A DNA stretch of 60,474 bases, filler included, from Rhizaria sp. SCN 62-66 (lineage: Eukaryota), in assembly GCA_001724265.1 (NCBI GenBank). It is 8 parts of 8 records of this genome, joined end to end, with 100 filler letters (N's around TTAATTAATTAA, not from the genome) between each part and the next. Parts side by side here need not be neighbours in the genome. Positions count along the whole stretch, not along the records: positions 1 to 6,664 come from MEDY01000613.1; positions 6,765 to 13,432 come from MEDY01000614.1; 6 more parts are not named here. The stretch is one strand, 5' to 3'. The translations under genes were made by a program, and so were the position numbers. A model generated the notes under the pieces. It saw only the letters and a list, made by a program, of their open reading frames with translations, ran no database searches and was not told the DNA's origin. The number at the start of each line of letters is the position of its first letter. Position 1 is the first letter of the stretch. Shown in pieces: positions 1 through 11,391 of this stretch.

Positions 1-1578
1 GGCGTCTGCGGCGAGCGCGGCGGGCGCCAGGCGCGGCTGGCAGCGCGCGCGGCGCAGCGCCGTCTGCGCGCGCGCGCCGCCGACGGCCGCGGGCGCGATG
101 GCGGCTACGGAGCCAGGGAGGAAGGCGGCGGCCGCGCCGGGCAGCAGGCCCGGGGCCGTGGCGCAGGCGCGGGCCGTGGCGGGCAGCGCGGGGGCCGGCG
201 CGGGCACCAGTGCGCATGCGTTTGCGTCGCCGTCGCCGTCAGCAGAGGCAGATGTAGCGGCGGCGGTGGTGGCGGCGGCGGCAGTGAAATAGAGTGTGGC
301 GTTGGAGTCGTGCCAGAGTCCACGGGAGAACTCGCCCTTGTAGGTGCAGTAGCCAAGCAGGGGCGCGTGGTAGCCCTCGGTCACGCGCACCACGTCCGCG
401 CTGGGGACGAACAGGCCGCCAGTGACCGCGGCGTCCACCGCGGCGTCGGTGGGCTGCGCGTCATCAGCGCCGCAGCACGGACACAGCTCCCAGTCACCGT
501 CCAGGTCGACGTCGACCTCGCCGTCACTAGCGTCGCTGTGCTGCTGGGAGGCACTTAGACCGCCGGCCGAGGTACTTACCCCGTCGTCGACCCGCACGCA
601 GCCCTCGGTCCAGACGATTCCGCGCTCCCGCACCCCGTGCAGCCACAGACCGGCCAGCGCGGACTGCCCCTGCGCCTGCGGCTGTGGCGAGTGCGCCTGG
701 GGTGACTGAGAGTGCGACTGAGAGCGTGGCTGCGCTTGAGAGCTGCCGGGCTGCGAGCCTCCGCTGCCGTGCGCGTAGTGTGTGGGGCCCGAACCCCAAG
801 TCATGCGTCCGCGGCCGCACTCGCGGTCACGTCGCCAGCAGTAGCGGCCGCTCCACTCGCCGGCCCCCGAAAACAGAGACTGAGACTGAGACTGCGACGG
901 TGCACCGACGCTGGAGGCCGGGAAGGTCATGGTGCCACGCGCGCGCGCGCCGTGCGCGAACTGCCCGTGGAAGCGCGCGCCGTCGGGGAACCGCAGCTGG
1001 CCGTCGGCGCCGTGGGGCAACCCCGAAACTGGGTGGAAGGGGCCGGTGTAGACCGCGCCCGAAGGGAAGCGCAGGGAGCCGCCCGACTCGCGCCGCGCCG
1101 CGGGGGCGGGCGAGACAGAGAAGGGCGGCTCGTCACTGCTGCTGGTATTCGCGTTGGTGTTGGTTGGGGGAGTGTAGACGGCTAGAGCGCAGGCCTCGGC
1201 GACCGTAAGCGGGCGCGTCGGCAGCTCACTCGCGCTCGCACCAGCCGCGTCCGCGCTGCTATGAGCGTGCGCGTGGCCGCTGTCGCTGGAGTCGCTGGAG
1301 TTGTTGGTGTTGGAGTTGCCGGAGTGAGAGGGCGATAGGTGCGCATAGCACAGCGAGTACTGGCGGGCCGCGGCGGTAAGCAGCAGGTGCAGTGGCGTGT
1401 GGCGCGGGGCGCCGGACCGCGGCGGGGCCAGCGGGACGACCACGCGCGCACCGCCGCTGTTGGCGTTGGCCCTGCTGGACGGGCTGGGGCCGGGGCCAGT
1501 AGGGGTGCTGCGGGCGAGCGCGGGGGCCGCGGAGCCAGCACCGGGGCCTGCAGGGGCGCCCGGGGCGGAGGAAGGCAT
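1..1578 (-). CDS. MORN-repeat protein, 3' end runs off the window
   Basis: My translation from ATG at 1578 (MPSSAPGAPAGPG...) showed no stop toward position 1; it is absent from the ORF track, consistent with having no stop in the window. It contains MORN-like units: GSLRFPSGAVYTGPFHPVSGLPHGADG, QLRFPDGARFHGQFAHGARARGTMTF, CTYKGEFSRGLWH. Confidence 0.75.
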   Translation of the reverse strand, partial: MPSSAPGAPAGPGAGSAAPALARSTPTGPGPSPSSRANANSGGARVVVPLAPPRSGAPRHTPLHLLLTAAARQYSLCYAHLSPSHSGNSNTNNSSDSSDSGHAHAHSSADAAGASASELPTRPLTVAEACALAVYTPPTNTNANTSSSDEPPFSVSPAPAARRESGGSLRFPSGAVYTGPFHPVSGLPHGADGQLRFPDGARFHGQFAHGARARGTMTFPASSVGAPSQSQSQSLFSGAGEWSGRYCWRRDRECGRGRMTWGSGPTHYAHGSGGSQPGSSQAQPRSQSHSQSPQAHSPQPQAQGQSALAGLWLHGVRERGIVWTEGCVRVDDGVSTSAGGLSASQQHSDASDGEVDVDLDGDWELCPCCGADDAQPTDAAVDAAVTGGLFVPSADVVRVTEGYHAPLLGYCTYKGEFSRGLWHDSNATLYFTAAAATTAAATSASADGDGDANACALVPAPAPALPATARACATAPGLLPGAAAAFLPGSVAAIAPAAVGGARAQTALRRARCQPRLAPAALAADA

Positions 1579-2482
1579 CGAGGCGGGCCGTGGAGCTGGT
1601 TGCGTTCGAAGAGGGCTGTGCGCTGATGAGAGAGAGCGACGCTGAGGGAGCGGTGAGAGGGGAGACGTCGACAGCAATCAATGAGGTCGATTGAGCGATA
1701 GAACAGCGTAAGGGAGTAGGATAATCGCACAATGCACATATATCATTTAAAAAAGTCGATGTAAATGTCAGCCACCCTAACTAGTTCGTGAGTGAAGCTT
1801 TGCTACAGTGAACTGCATCAATAATTCAATGTAGCCATAGGAGGCATCATACTTTCGGGGTTATGCATGACGCCAGAATCTGAAGTGCACCGGCGCATAC
1901 CCCAGCGCCTCAAGATATATAGCAACAAGCACTACAATAAAAACATCTAACATGCGCGGTGAGCGCCGTGATCCCGTGAATATGCCAGTATGCGCAGCTA
2001 AATGAGGTGCATAAGGAGGATTAGGCGCATCAAAACGAGAGACACTAAGTCTGAATCAACTATGCCTCGGCAGCACCAATGCTTGACTGTCCCACGAATG
2101 TCAAAATAGAAATCTCAAGCAAACAAGTCTCGCACATAATGAGCACATGCGCTGTTTCTCAGTTACGGTGCATCATTCGAGATACCCTCAACTGAATGAC
2201 ATGCTCGGGGCATGCTCAGGCCAAGAGGCTGCCCGACTGAGGTTCCAGAGAGTAGCTTTTGAAACACTCTAGAACAGGACTTGGATCCGAGCCATGCACT
2301 TATAATAGCAAGCCCAAATATTAATGAAACTTATTGTCTATAATCTCTTTATTATATTATCTTAGTCAACGGTCTAACCTCTCCGCGACCTACATCACCG
2401 CACGGTGCTCGCTCCTCTCCCAGCCTTCCTCGCTACTTCCCCTTTGCAGTTCACCACCGGAGCTTCTCGTTTTCTGCCCGCA

Positions 2483-4561
2483 ATGAGCACCGCTGCCGTC
2501 AAGAGTGCCCAGACCACCTCGCAGTCTTCCGGCAAGCCCATCCTCAAGAAGTCCAAGCTGCGCCCGCCGCAGCCCTCGGCCGCAGCGCCCAGCAGCAGCA
2601 GCAACGCCAGTAACACGAGCGAAGACGATGACGACGACAACGGCGGCGTGTCGCTTTTCGCCTCTTCGATCAAGAAAAAGTTTGCCGGCGCCGCCAAGAA
2701 GCCCAAGGCCCCCGCCGCGGTCTTGTCGAGTCCCAACAGCGACGGCAGCTGCGCCGGCGATGGCGCCGGCGACGCGACCGCTACCGTTAGCCTTGACTCT
2801 GGCCCCGGCGCAGCTCTGACCGGCGGGCTGACTGTGCCGTGGACGCAGGCGCACCCGTACGACCCGCGCGCGACGTTCCGCTCCCTGGGCCTGTCTGTCT
2901 GGCAGGCCAAGGTGCTCTCGGCCATGTCCATCGTGACGCCCACCGAGATCCAGCAGCGCTGCATTCCGGCCGTGCTGGCGGGTCACGACGTTGTCGGCCG
3001 CGCGAAGACGGGCTCCGGCAAGACGGCTGCCTTCGCGCTGCCCATCCTCCACACGCTCGCCGCGGACCCCTACGGCATCTACGCGTTGGTGCTGACTCCC
3101 ACGCGCGAGCTCGCGTTCCAGATCGCAGACCAGTTCAACGTGCTGGGCAGTCCCCTGGGCGTCGACTGCGCGGTCGTCGTCGGAGGGCTCGGTACGCTAC
3201 ACAGGATATGCCTCCGCCATATCGCGCCTTCACAAAGAAATATTTTAAAACCAAGTACTACTTCATGATATCCAACTATATCTACTATTTTTAATTAATC
3301 AAGAGATGATCTTACACGATATGTTTATTTCTCATTCTGCTTATCTTCCGCTGCAGAGATCGCGGCCCAGTGCGCGCACCTGGAGCGGCGCCCGCACGTG
3401 GTGATCGCAACCCCGGGCCGGCTCGCACAGCTTGTCACGATGGGTTCGGTGCGTTTCCACGCGCAGCACCTGCAGTACCTCGTGCTGGACGAGGCGGAAC
3501 GCCTGTTCGAGCCCCAGTTCGTGGGGCCGCTGACCGAGATCCACGCGCTGCTGCCGCCGCCGGGACAGAGGCAGACGCTCATGTTTTCGGCTACGATCAC
3601 CGCAGCCATGCTCGAATGCAACCTCGGCTTTGCGGGCAACAACAACAAGCTCACGTCGACCGCCACGAGCTCCCAGAACAAGAACAAGAACAAGAAGTCA
3701 AGTCAAAAGGGTGGCGCCGCCGACGCTGACGCTGACGAGGCTGATGGTGATGATGACGATGATGATGAGAGCGCTTCGATGCAGCGACTGCCCCCGATGC
3801 TACACAACCCCGTCTTCGTGCAGGTGTCGACCGCAGACGACGCCATCGTGGCCACGCTGGACCAGCGCTACCTCTTCATGCCACAGTCCGTCAAGGACGT
3901 GTATCTGGCGCACCTGCTGCAGCGCATGAAGCCCGACCACGCGGCCTACTCGCCCGCGCGCTCCGTCATCGTCTTCACGTCCACATGCAAGGGCTGCGAA
4001 CTTGTCGCCGAAGTGCTCACGCAGCTCCAGATCCCCAACGCCGCGCTGCACTCGCGGATCAGCCAGACGCGCCGCATCGCGTCGCTGCGCAAGTTCCGCT
4101 CGGGCTCAGTGCGTGTGCTGGTGGCGACAGACGTGGCGTCGCGCGGTCTGGACATCCCGACCGTGGCGCAGGTGATCAACTTCGACGTGCCGCGCTCGCT
4201 GGAGGACTACATCCACCGCACTGGCCGCACGGCGCGCGCGGGCCGCGAGGGCCAGGCCGTGACGCTGGTGACTCAGTTCGACGTCGAGATCTTCGGCCAG
4301 ATCGAGGACCGCGTGGGGCGCAAGATGGAGCTGTTCCCCGACGCAGACGAGGACGACGTGCTTAAGCTGCTTAAGGACGTCACTGATGCGCGCAAGATTG
4401 CCAAGATCCGGCTGGAGGAGTACGATATCAACGCCAAGAAGTTCGGCGACGACGCCGTGGTGATTGACGAGAGGCAGGTTCGCAAGGAGGGCAAAGAACG
4501 GTTCCTGCGCGCCGGGATGGGCAAGGTCGGTGCGGGCAAGAAACGCATGCTTGCTATGTGA
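2483..4561 (+). CDS. DBP8: DEAD-box RNA helicase, DBP8/DDX49 type; exons 2483-3191 and 3357-4561
   Basis: Q motif (PTEIQ), AKTGSGKT, DPYGIYALVLTPTRELAFQIADQF, TPGR, DEAE, SAT, ATDVASRGLDIPTV, YIHRTGRTARAGR. The intron GTACGC...CTGCAG (3192-3356) restores GGLEIAAQCAHLERRPHVVIATPGR. Stop is TGA. Confidence 0.9.
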
Positions 4562-5465
4562 GCGCTGCCGTGTTGAGCGACGCGCTGAGCCATGTTTGCT
4601 ATGACATGATCAATAGATATGCAACGCGCAGTTGGTGTGCCTTGAACAGGTATCGTGGGACAGGATACCACGCAGAGATCGAATGCTGGTCAGATATATC
4701 ACAGATCAATACATAGAACTACACGTTTAAAACAACTATCTCTGTAGATTTGCAATTATAAGAAGACTGCCATGTGCTGATGCTGTTGGCGTGAACTGAC
4801 CACAAAACCAATGCTGAAGACATGCCGGCCTACTTTTCGGAAGTCGCTCGAAGTGAGTTAGGTGCGGCCGCAAAGCGATTTTGAGGAGTTCAAGGCGCGT
4901 TATCTAACCACAGACGAGGAAGCTGACTAGAAAACTGATTTTTATAATTCAGTGCCTATGCGCTCTTAAAACAACGCATGAAGTTTAGCTTGTTTCATAC
5001 CACTTTAGTTTCGAATGCGGAAACCTTCGCAGAGGCCGAGAATGGTCTCTCAACCGAACGTTAGGCAGCATGAAATCACCACCAAGGCGGACTTGATCAA
5101 GACAATGCATCTTGATTTGGTGTCAATGCGCTGCTGCCTAATGCAGATGCGTCGTCTTTATGCGTCCTGCTTCGGTATCATGTTCATCGGATGAGTCCAA
5201 AGGCTTCTCGGCTCGCGTTTGGCTCCAGTTCCTCAACCGTCCTCGCTCCGAATGCACGTTCAAGCAGACTCAAGCGCGAAACCGTTCTTAAACATCGTGA
5301 GATTCTGCACAATCACAACATATACCCGCGTTTTATTTGCTCTATCATGTCTTAGTCTCACTGTTCGCTTCCTCCCGCCTTGTCCACTCGTCTATTGGCC
5401 TTTCTCCCGTCTCCTCCCTCGTTCCTCAATGCCATCGCGACTCTCCCTCTTGCGCAGTCCCCGGG

Positions 5466-5612
5466 ATGATCTACGACTTCACCTCCGCCGCCTTTATGCG
5501 CTTCCTGCGCCAGTCTGGCAAGGCCCAGAAGCGCCGCCACGACGTTACCGACTCGGTCAAGGGCAACATCAAGATGCAGGGCTCCATGGGTGAGGACGGC
5601 CGCTCCGGCTAA
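5466..5612 (+). CDS. Candidate 48-aa small protein (MIYDFTSAAFMRFLRQSGKAQKRRHDVTDSVKGNIKMQGSMGEDGRSG)
   Basis: Strong C/G third-position bias like RPS15A. It is preceded by a pyrimidine-rich tract ending in GCAG, a possible acceptor, so it may be a terminal exon. Stop is TAA. Confidence 0.5.
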   Translation: MIYDFTSAAFMRFLRQSGKAQKRRHDVTDSVKGNIKMQGSMGEDGRSG

Positions 5613-6664
5613 ACGCCTGAAACATGCCACTCTCGTGCAGCGGAACAGTCGCAGCGCGCACGTGGACGTTCACGAGGTGGACAGTTGGCGAGCCTTTACG
5701 ATACCGCAGCAACAATCGCGGCAACAACACAAGCAGTGCGAGGGTATTGTGTGATTTTTACTGTACTACAAGTAGAGCATGAGCTGCAGGTGTGCCCGGT
5801 TTGTTTTGCGCGAGGCGCGGACGCAACCGATCACACGTACAACTCTACACCCATGCAGTATCGTACAACAAACACCACATGCACTGTGTGCGAAGACCAA
5901 CCGCTGCAGTGAATTATCCAGCTGTTGCTTTGATGCGGATTGCTCGACCAAGCAATTCATTCTTTTCTATTTTTTTCTCCCTTTTCATACGTAGTACCGT
6001 TTCTTTATTAAAGTATCTTTATACAAACAAGCCTTATATCACCTACTTCCACATTTACGAAATTCGAGTTGCGTTTGGCATGCCGTTATCGTATTTCAGC
6101 AAATAACCTAGGCGATCGACTATCGCAATATATGCGCGCTAGGCTGGTTACCCAAGTCAAATACACTCGGAGGGTCTCGATGTTAAGTTTAGGCGGAAAG
6201 ATACGACTTTGGAATAAGTACTCCAGCTGTATTACTGACGTATGTTAAAATAAAGAAACCGCGCGAGAGCAGCCGTTGCGTGTCTTTTTCTCGAGACCTG
6301 CAGTCGTCCTGTTATCTGTTACGGGCGGCACGACAACCCAGCCACACAAGCCGAGCTCCAAATAATAAGCTGACGTCGTGTGATCCTTGTTGGAAACAGA
6401 AGATCGCACTTCACGGCAGCCGATAGAGAAGCATCGCAGCACAAGCAGCAAACAGACCGTGCGCCAACACACGCAGGGGAGCTGTGTGGTGGTGCGGCGG
6501 CGTTGGTTGCTTGGAGGCGGCGAACGGGCGAGGGCGAAAGGGATGGCGCGCACAGGACGACCACGACTACGGCAGCGGGCGAAGACGCGCGCGAGTGGCG
6601 AGCGAGGGCAGCGGCAGCTGGGTGCGCAGCGATAGGCGCGGGCGGACGGGCGGGCGGGCGGACG

Positions 6665-6764
6665 NNNNNNNNNNNNNNNNNNNNNNNNNNNNNNNNNNNN
6701 NNNNNNNNTTAATTAATTAANNNNNNNNNNNNNNNNNNNNNNNNNNNNNNNNNNNNNNNNNNNN
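6665..6764. other. Artificial contig spacer (N44-TTAATTAATTAA-N44); also at 13433-13532, 20137-20236, 26830-26929, 35772-35871, 47770-47869, 54139-54238
   Basis: Identical 100-nt N blocks with a six-frame stop linker. Confidence 0.98.
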
Positions 6765-6850
6765 GCGGTGTCAAGGGCGGCATGAAGGGCAAGGGACAGT
6801 TTGCCGTCGCGCCCCAGCTCCAGGCCCAGGGCCAGCTCGGCGGCTTCTAA
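6765..6850 (+). CDS. 3' end of a duplicated gene, copy A (...GVKGGMKGKGQFAVAPQLQAQGQLGGF*)
   Basis: Open, codon-biased frame from the contig start to TAA at 6848-6850. It is the exact reverse complement of 13347-13432. Confidence 0.65.
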
Positions 6851-7333
6851 GTTGCCACGCTTCCTGCTGCGCTTACACTTGTCTGTCTAAGCTTTTCTGC
6901 GTTATGCTAAATCTTGTCTAACTCAGTTTCTGTATGAACACACTTTTCATCATGCTCTCGCATCGTGTAATGCAATGTTCTCTTGTCTAAGATAATTTCG
7001 AAACGCAAACCATTATGTGACTTTGTAAACTCAGTACAATTGACGCTGTCTGCGTTAACGTTACTCAGCTCCAGTCACTGCCACTGCTGCCGCGTTGCCT
7101 CCGATATCAATACAATATCGATTGAAGAAAGCCAAACACGAATGTATGAACTAACAATGTAAAAAAAGTTGTTTATTTGATTCCTTTAACAATACTTTAG
7201 CTTTTGGCCCTTGCGCACAACGCGTGACAAAGTTCAACTCACAAACATAAGACTTGCTTGCTTCTACAAGTCGACGCAAAATAGATTCAAACAGATACAT
7301 GTACATTATATAGCAGCAGCTTGGACGTACAAC

Positions 7334-9643
7334 TCACGCGTTGCCAATCTGCACCGTGCCCTGCTGCTGTGCAGACACGACGCCGCGGCGCCTGCGCTTA
7401 GCCGGCGCCTCTGCCGCGCTGCGGTCCGGCGGGGCCCATTGCAGACACGCCATGTCGACGCCCAACTCCGGCCCGCGTTGCCAGTGCTGCGCCAGCGTCT
7501 CGAGCTGCTTCGGCGTCGCAACGATCGCGTGCGTGCCGCGGTGGAAGCGGCTCAGGTTCAGGTCTTGTAAAGTGATGAGGGCGTCGTCGCTCGTGATGCC
7601 GGTTGCCTCGGACAGGGCCTTGAGGGACCAGCGCTGTGAACGCAGACGGGAAAACAACAACAATAAAAAAGAGTTGTTAGCATCGATCAATGATAAATTA
7701 GCAAACATATGCTTCAAGTTATTGAAAAAGAAATTGATTATGAACTGCCACTGGGTTTTAGCTGTGCGACGTACGTCAGGGGGCATGGCGGCGAGCGCGT
7801 TGACGAGCGTCTGCGACCAGAAGGAACGGTATGAAACCTTGCCCAGGTCAGAGAGCGGCTTCTCTGGACTGCCGGGGCGGCCCTCGAGGCGCGAGAGCGC
7901 GTACGAGAACGCGATCAAGAACTTGCCGTAGCCCTTGCGCTGGTGCTGCGGGAACGTGAGGATGCAGGCGAGGTTGTAGCCCTCGCTTGAGTCCTTTTCC
8001 TTGGAGAAAAAGCCCACGAGGTGGCACCCGTCGGCGTCCGTCTCAGTCAGCACGTAGAACATGAAGGGCGCGACGTCGAAAAAAAGCGTTTTGTGGTCGA
8101 TGTAGAGCTTGGCGAGCAGACACAGGCACTGGGCGTAGAGACGCTGCTCCGCACCGTCGATCTCGAACACCGAGATGTTGTCCTTACGGTAAATCTGCGC
8201 GTGTTGAAGCCAAAGCAACAAGAGTGAATAAAGTGTGATGATGTGCAAATGCAGTGAATAACTTGAGCGTCGACACAAGACTAAGATATGATATTCTGTT
8301 TCGCTCAGTCCGTGCTTTCAGCGTTGTTTCAAGTTATGATATTGCAAGTAAAGCTAGATAAAGTACGTACCTCGGTGCCCGGCGGGTGCCTGGGAGCGCA
8401 CGTGGCCGCGTGGCGGGCCAGCGTCTCCGGCTTCTTCATATACTTAAGGCACCACTCGCACACGTAGAGCTTAGGCAGGCCCGCAAACTCTGGTGGGTAC
8501 GGCGAGTAGTACCACGTGTCGACCTCCCAGGGCCCGATCTGCACGCAGTCGACTGTGCGCACCTTTGTCTGGTCCTCGCGGGCGCGCTCGAGCGCCGCGA
8601 CAACGGGGTCTGTCGGGTTCGCAGAGTCGTCTTGGACGAGCGCGCGGCGGTCGCGGCGAGTCGCCACGCGTGGGGTCGCCGGCTGTGAGAGACACATAGA
8701 AAAACAAAAACAAGAGGAAACCAATAAGAAGGTATGAGCAAGTGATGAGGTAAAGAAAAGTAGGACGGTACAAAGCAGAGAGCGGAAGTAAGTTATGTTC
8801 ATGATTTCACAAAGCACGCACCATAGCGCCTGCGCCGCCCGAGGCGCCCGCGTCGTCGCCCCACCCAGCGCCCGAGGCGCCGCTGCCTGCGACGGCGGTG
8901 CTCTGCCGCGACAGGTGGCCCGCGGCCAGCAGCGCCGCGCCGGGCGTGCCGGGCCCGTGCGAGGGCGAGTAAAGCATCTTCGGCGGTCCCTCAGCCTGCG
9001 CCGTCGCGTCGGTCGGAGCAAGGATGAGTTTGAACTCGAACTGGGACAGCCAGCGGTCCATGCGCCGGTTCGTGTCTTGGTAGTGCACGTAGTAGTCGAA
9101 TCCGCCATTCGCAGTCGCACTGGCAGTGCTGGCACTGCTGCTGCTGTCGGTCGCAGAGGCGGAGGCTGCGGGCGCGGCGGAAGGCGGCAGTGCGGGGGAC
9201 GAGGCGGCCGTCGTCGCAGCACCAGCAGCGGCGGCGGCGGCGGCGGTGGGGCCGAGCATAAGTGTGGCCGCGGCACCAGCGGCCGCTGCCATCGACGAGG
9301 ACGCGGACGCAGAAGCAGGGAGACCGGGGTAGGCTATGGAGCCAGCAGCAGCGGGTGTAGCCGCGGGGGACAGACGGAAGAAGCCCGCGCGCGCGCCGGT
9401 GGCGGGCGTGGGGGGCGGCATCATGTTGAAGCTGCTATTGGAGCTGGCGCCGCTGTTGACGACGATGGCGGCAACTGTGGGCGCAGTGAACTGGGCCGGG
9501 CGGCGCTCGATCACTTGTGCGAGCATCCATGTGCCGTTCTTGTGCAGGCCCCAGCCCTTGTCGCCGATGGCGAAGGCGCGCAGCGGCGCGCCAGACGCCG
9601 GGGCGGTCGTGGGGGAGGCCCCGAGTGCAATCGCAGGCTGCAT
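7334..9643 (-). CDS. ESA1: MYST histone acetyltransferase, Esa1/Tip60 type; exons 9643-8822, 8682-8371, 8194-7775, 7633-7334
   Basis: Chromo-barrel ([16 protein letters not shown]), C2HC zinc finger (WYYSPYP...[11 protein letters not shown]...HPPG), and MYST core ([58 protein letters not shown]). Three in-phase GT-AG introns. Stop is TGA. Confidence 0.93.
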
Positions 9644-11391
9644 CGGAAAACGAGTCAGCAGGGACCGCGGCTTGTCACTTTGAGGGCAAGCGAGGATGCT
9701 CAAGAGAAAGTTTGCGGGGTGAGATTGCTCTGGAAACCGCGTATAGAGTGACGAGACCTGTCCTTGTTCGTCTAGGTGACGGGGAGGGTTCTCGAAAGAA
9801 GAAAGAGCTAAGCGCGAAGATGGTCAAATTAGGCAAACGATTGTGAGCGATGTTATCCTCAAATAGCAATCAGGAATAGCATTTAAACAGAAAAAACAGC
9901 TTAATATTCCGGGATTCAATTCTGTTACGAAATATCGATCACATGTATCTCTTTCGTGATTTTTCGAAAGCACTTCTTGGGTTCGCGCTCACCTTGTTCG
10001 AGCTCGCCTGCAGCCATCCGACTCGAGAAAGTCACATGTGGCTGGAGCAACATCAGCGATATCTCTGTCAGATAATAATGGATCTAGACAATTTCTGACC
10101 ACAAGACATTATGCAATGTCTTATATTATATATTTTGCGTAGAAAGTTTGTAGCTTTTGTATTGTTAAGATATGACCACAGATCAGTTCCCACTATGCTT
10201 GCTACTCTCGAGTAAGTCACAGCTGCAAGACATCCGGAAACAAGAAGTTAGGATAACTCTCAGCGGATCCAAGTTGTTTACCGCATACGACACTAGATTC
10301 AGATGTATTTGAGCATTCATCATGTTATACGTGCGAGATATGGTCATGTGACAGCTTGCAGAATTCTTGTGATGATCGTTGGAGAGCTCGATCAGACTTT
10401 GCCGTAAGGCGTCATGGTGCTTTTATGCTAGAATTCTAATGTTCGGGTAATGTACCCGTAGCTTACGTTGTCTTTTCGTAACACTAATGCTGTTCTCATT
10501 CGCCCATGGCTGAGATTTCACCTAGATCAGCTTGTCCGTGCATTAAGGCAGCATTAACATCTGCGCTAAGCAAAGATAGTTTGCTGTCACATATAAAGGC
10601 GGTTGTTTTACGTTCATGTAAGAGCTCATAACTATTCACGCTTGCCTTTGGATTGTATCACGTAGTTTCTCTTACATGGTTTCAAGTCTAAGTTCGTCTT
10701 ACATAAGTCACGTTTATGACAGCAAATCAGGCTGAAAGTCAGTATATATTACTGCCCACAGTCTGTAAAATCATATTAAACGCAGTACATTACTTTTACT
10801 CGATATATTAATGTTATAGACCGCATATCACGTGGGAAAGTACTGCTTCAAGTTGTACTATGTTCACCTTTTTATTTGAAAACAGATTATATATCATGTT
10901 TTTGTCGCCATTGAAACAAACATTTCACAAAACAGGACAACAGTTTGAACGCTCTATCAAAATGAGTTGTTGTTGATATGTACAACGACTATATCTGTGA
11001 AACATCAGCAGAAGTATGTGGTGCCTTTTTTCGGTCCGACAGCGCGACCTTAATTTCGAAAAAATAATTTCGGGCCGACCGGCGAGCCGACTGGCGGGCC
11101 GAGTGCCGCAGACGAGGGAAGTGACAAGCAGGATCAGGCATCAAAGTGCTTCCGTGCCCTTACACGACCGCCGCTGCGTTCTATGCAGTGATTGGTGCCT
11201 TGCAGAGAAGTCATTCGGCTTTTTCTCAATTTGTGCTCTTGATCGGCGAGCGTCTTTCGTACCAAAAGATGCTTGCTCGGATGGTGGGTCGTTTAGCTCG
11301 GCCCGTCTCCACTTTGGGGCTTTTGTGGTCGTCGCAGAAGCCTTTCTCCGCCTTGCATCCGACTTTGCTCCCATCACGGGAGCTCAGCAGC

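Noticed and set aside
1181-1184. TAG ending ORF 1182-1739 as a third readthrough case
   Set aside because: That ORF is a shadow frame. The MORN-encoding frame is different and open.
1771-1783. CCCTAA telomere-like or template motif
   Set aside because: Single isolated hexamer with no array or supporting structure.
6709-6720. Recurring TTAATTAATTAA palindrome
   Set aside because: Artificial linker inside the N spacers, not biological.
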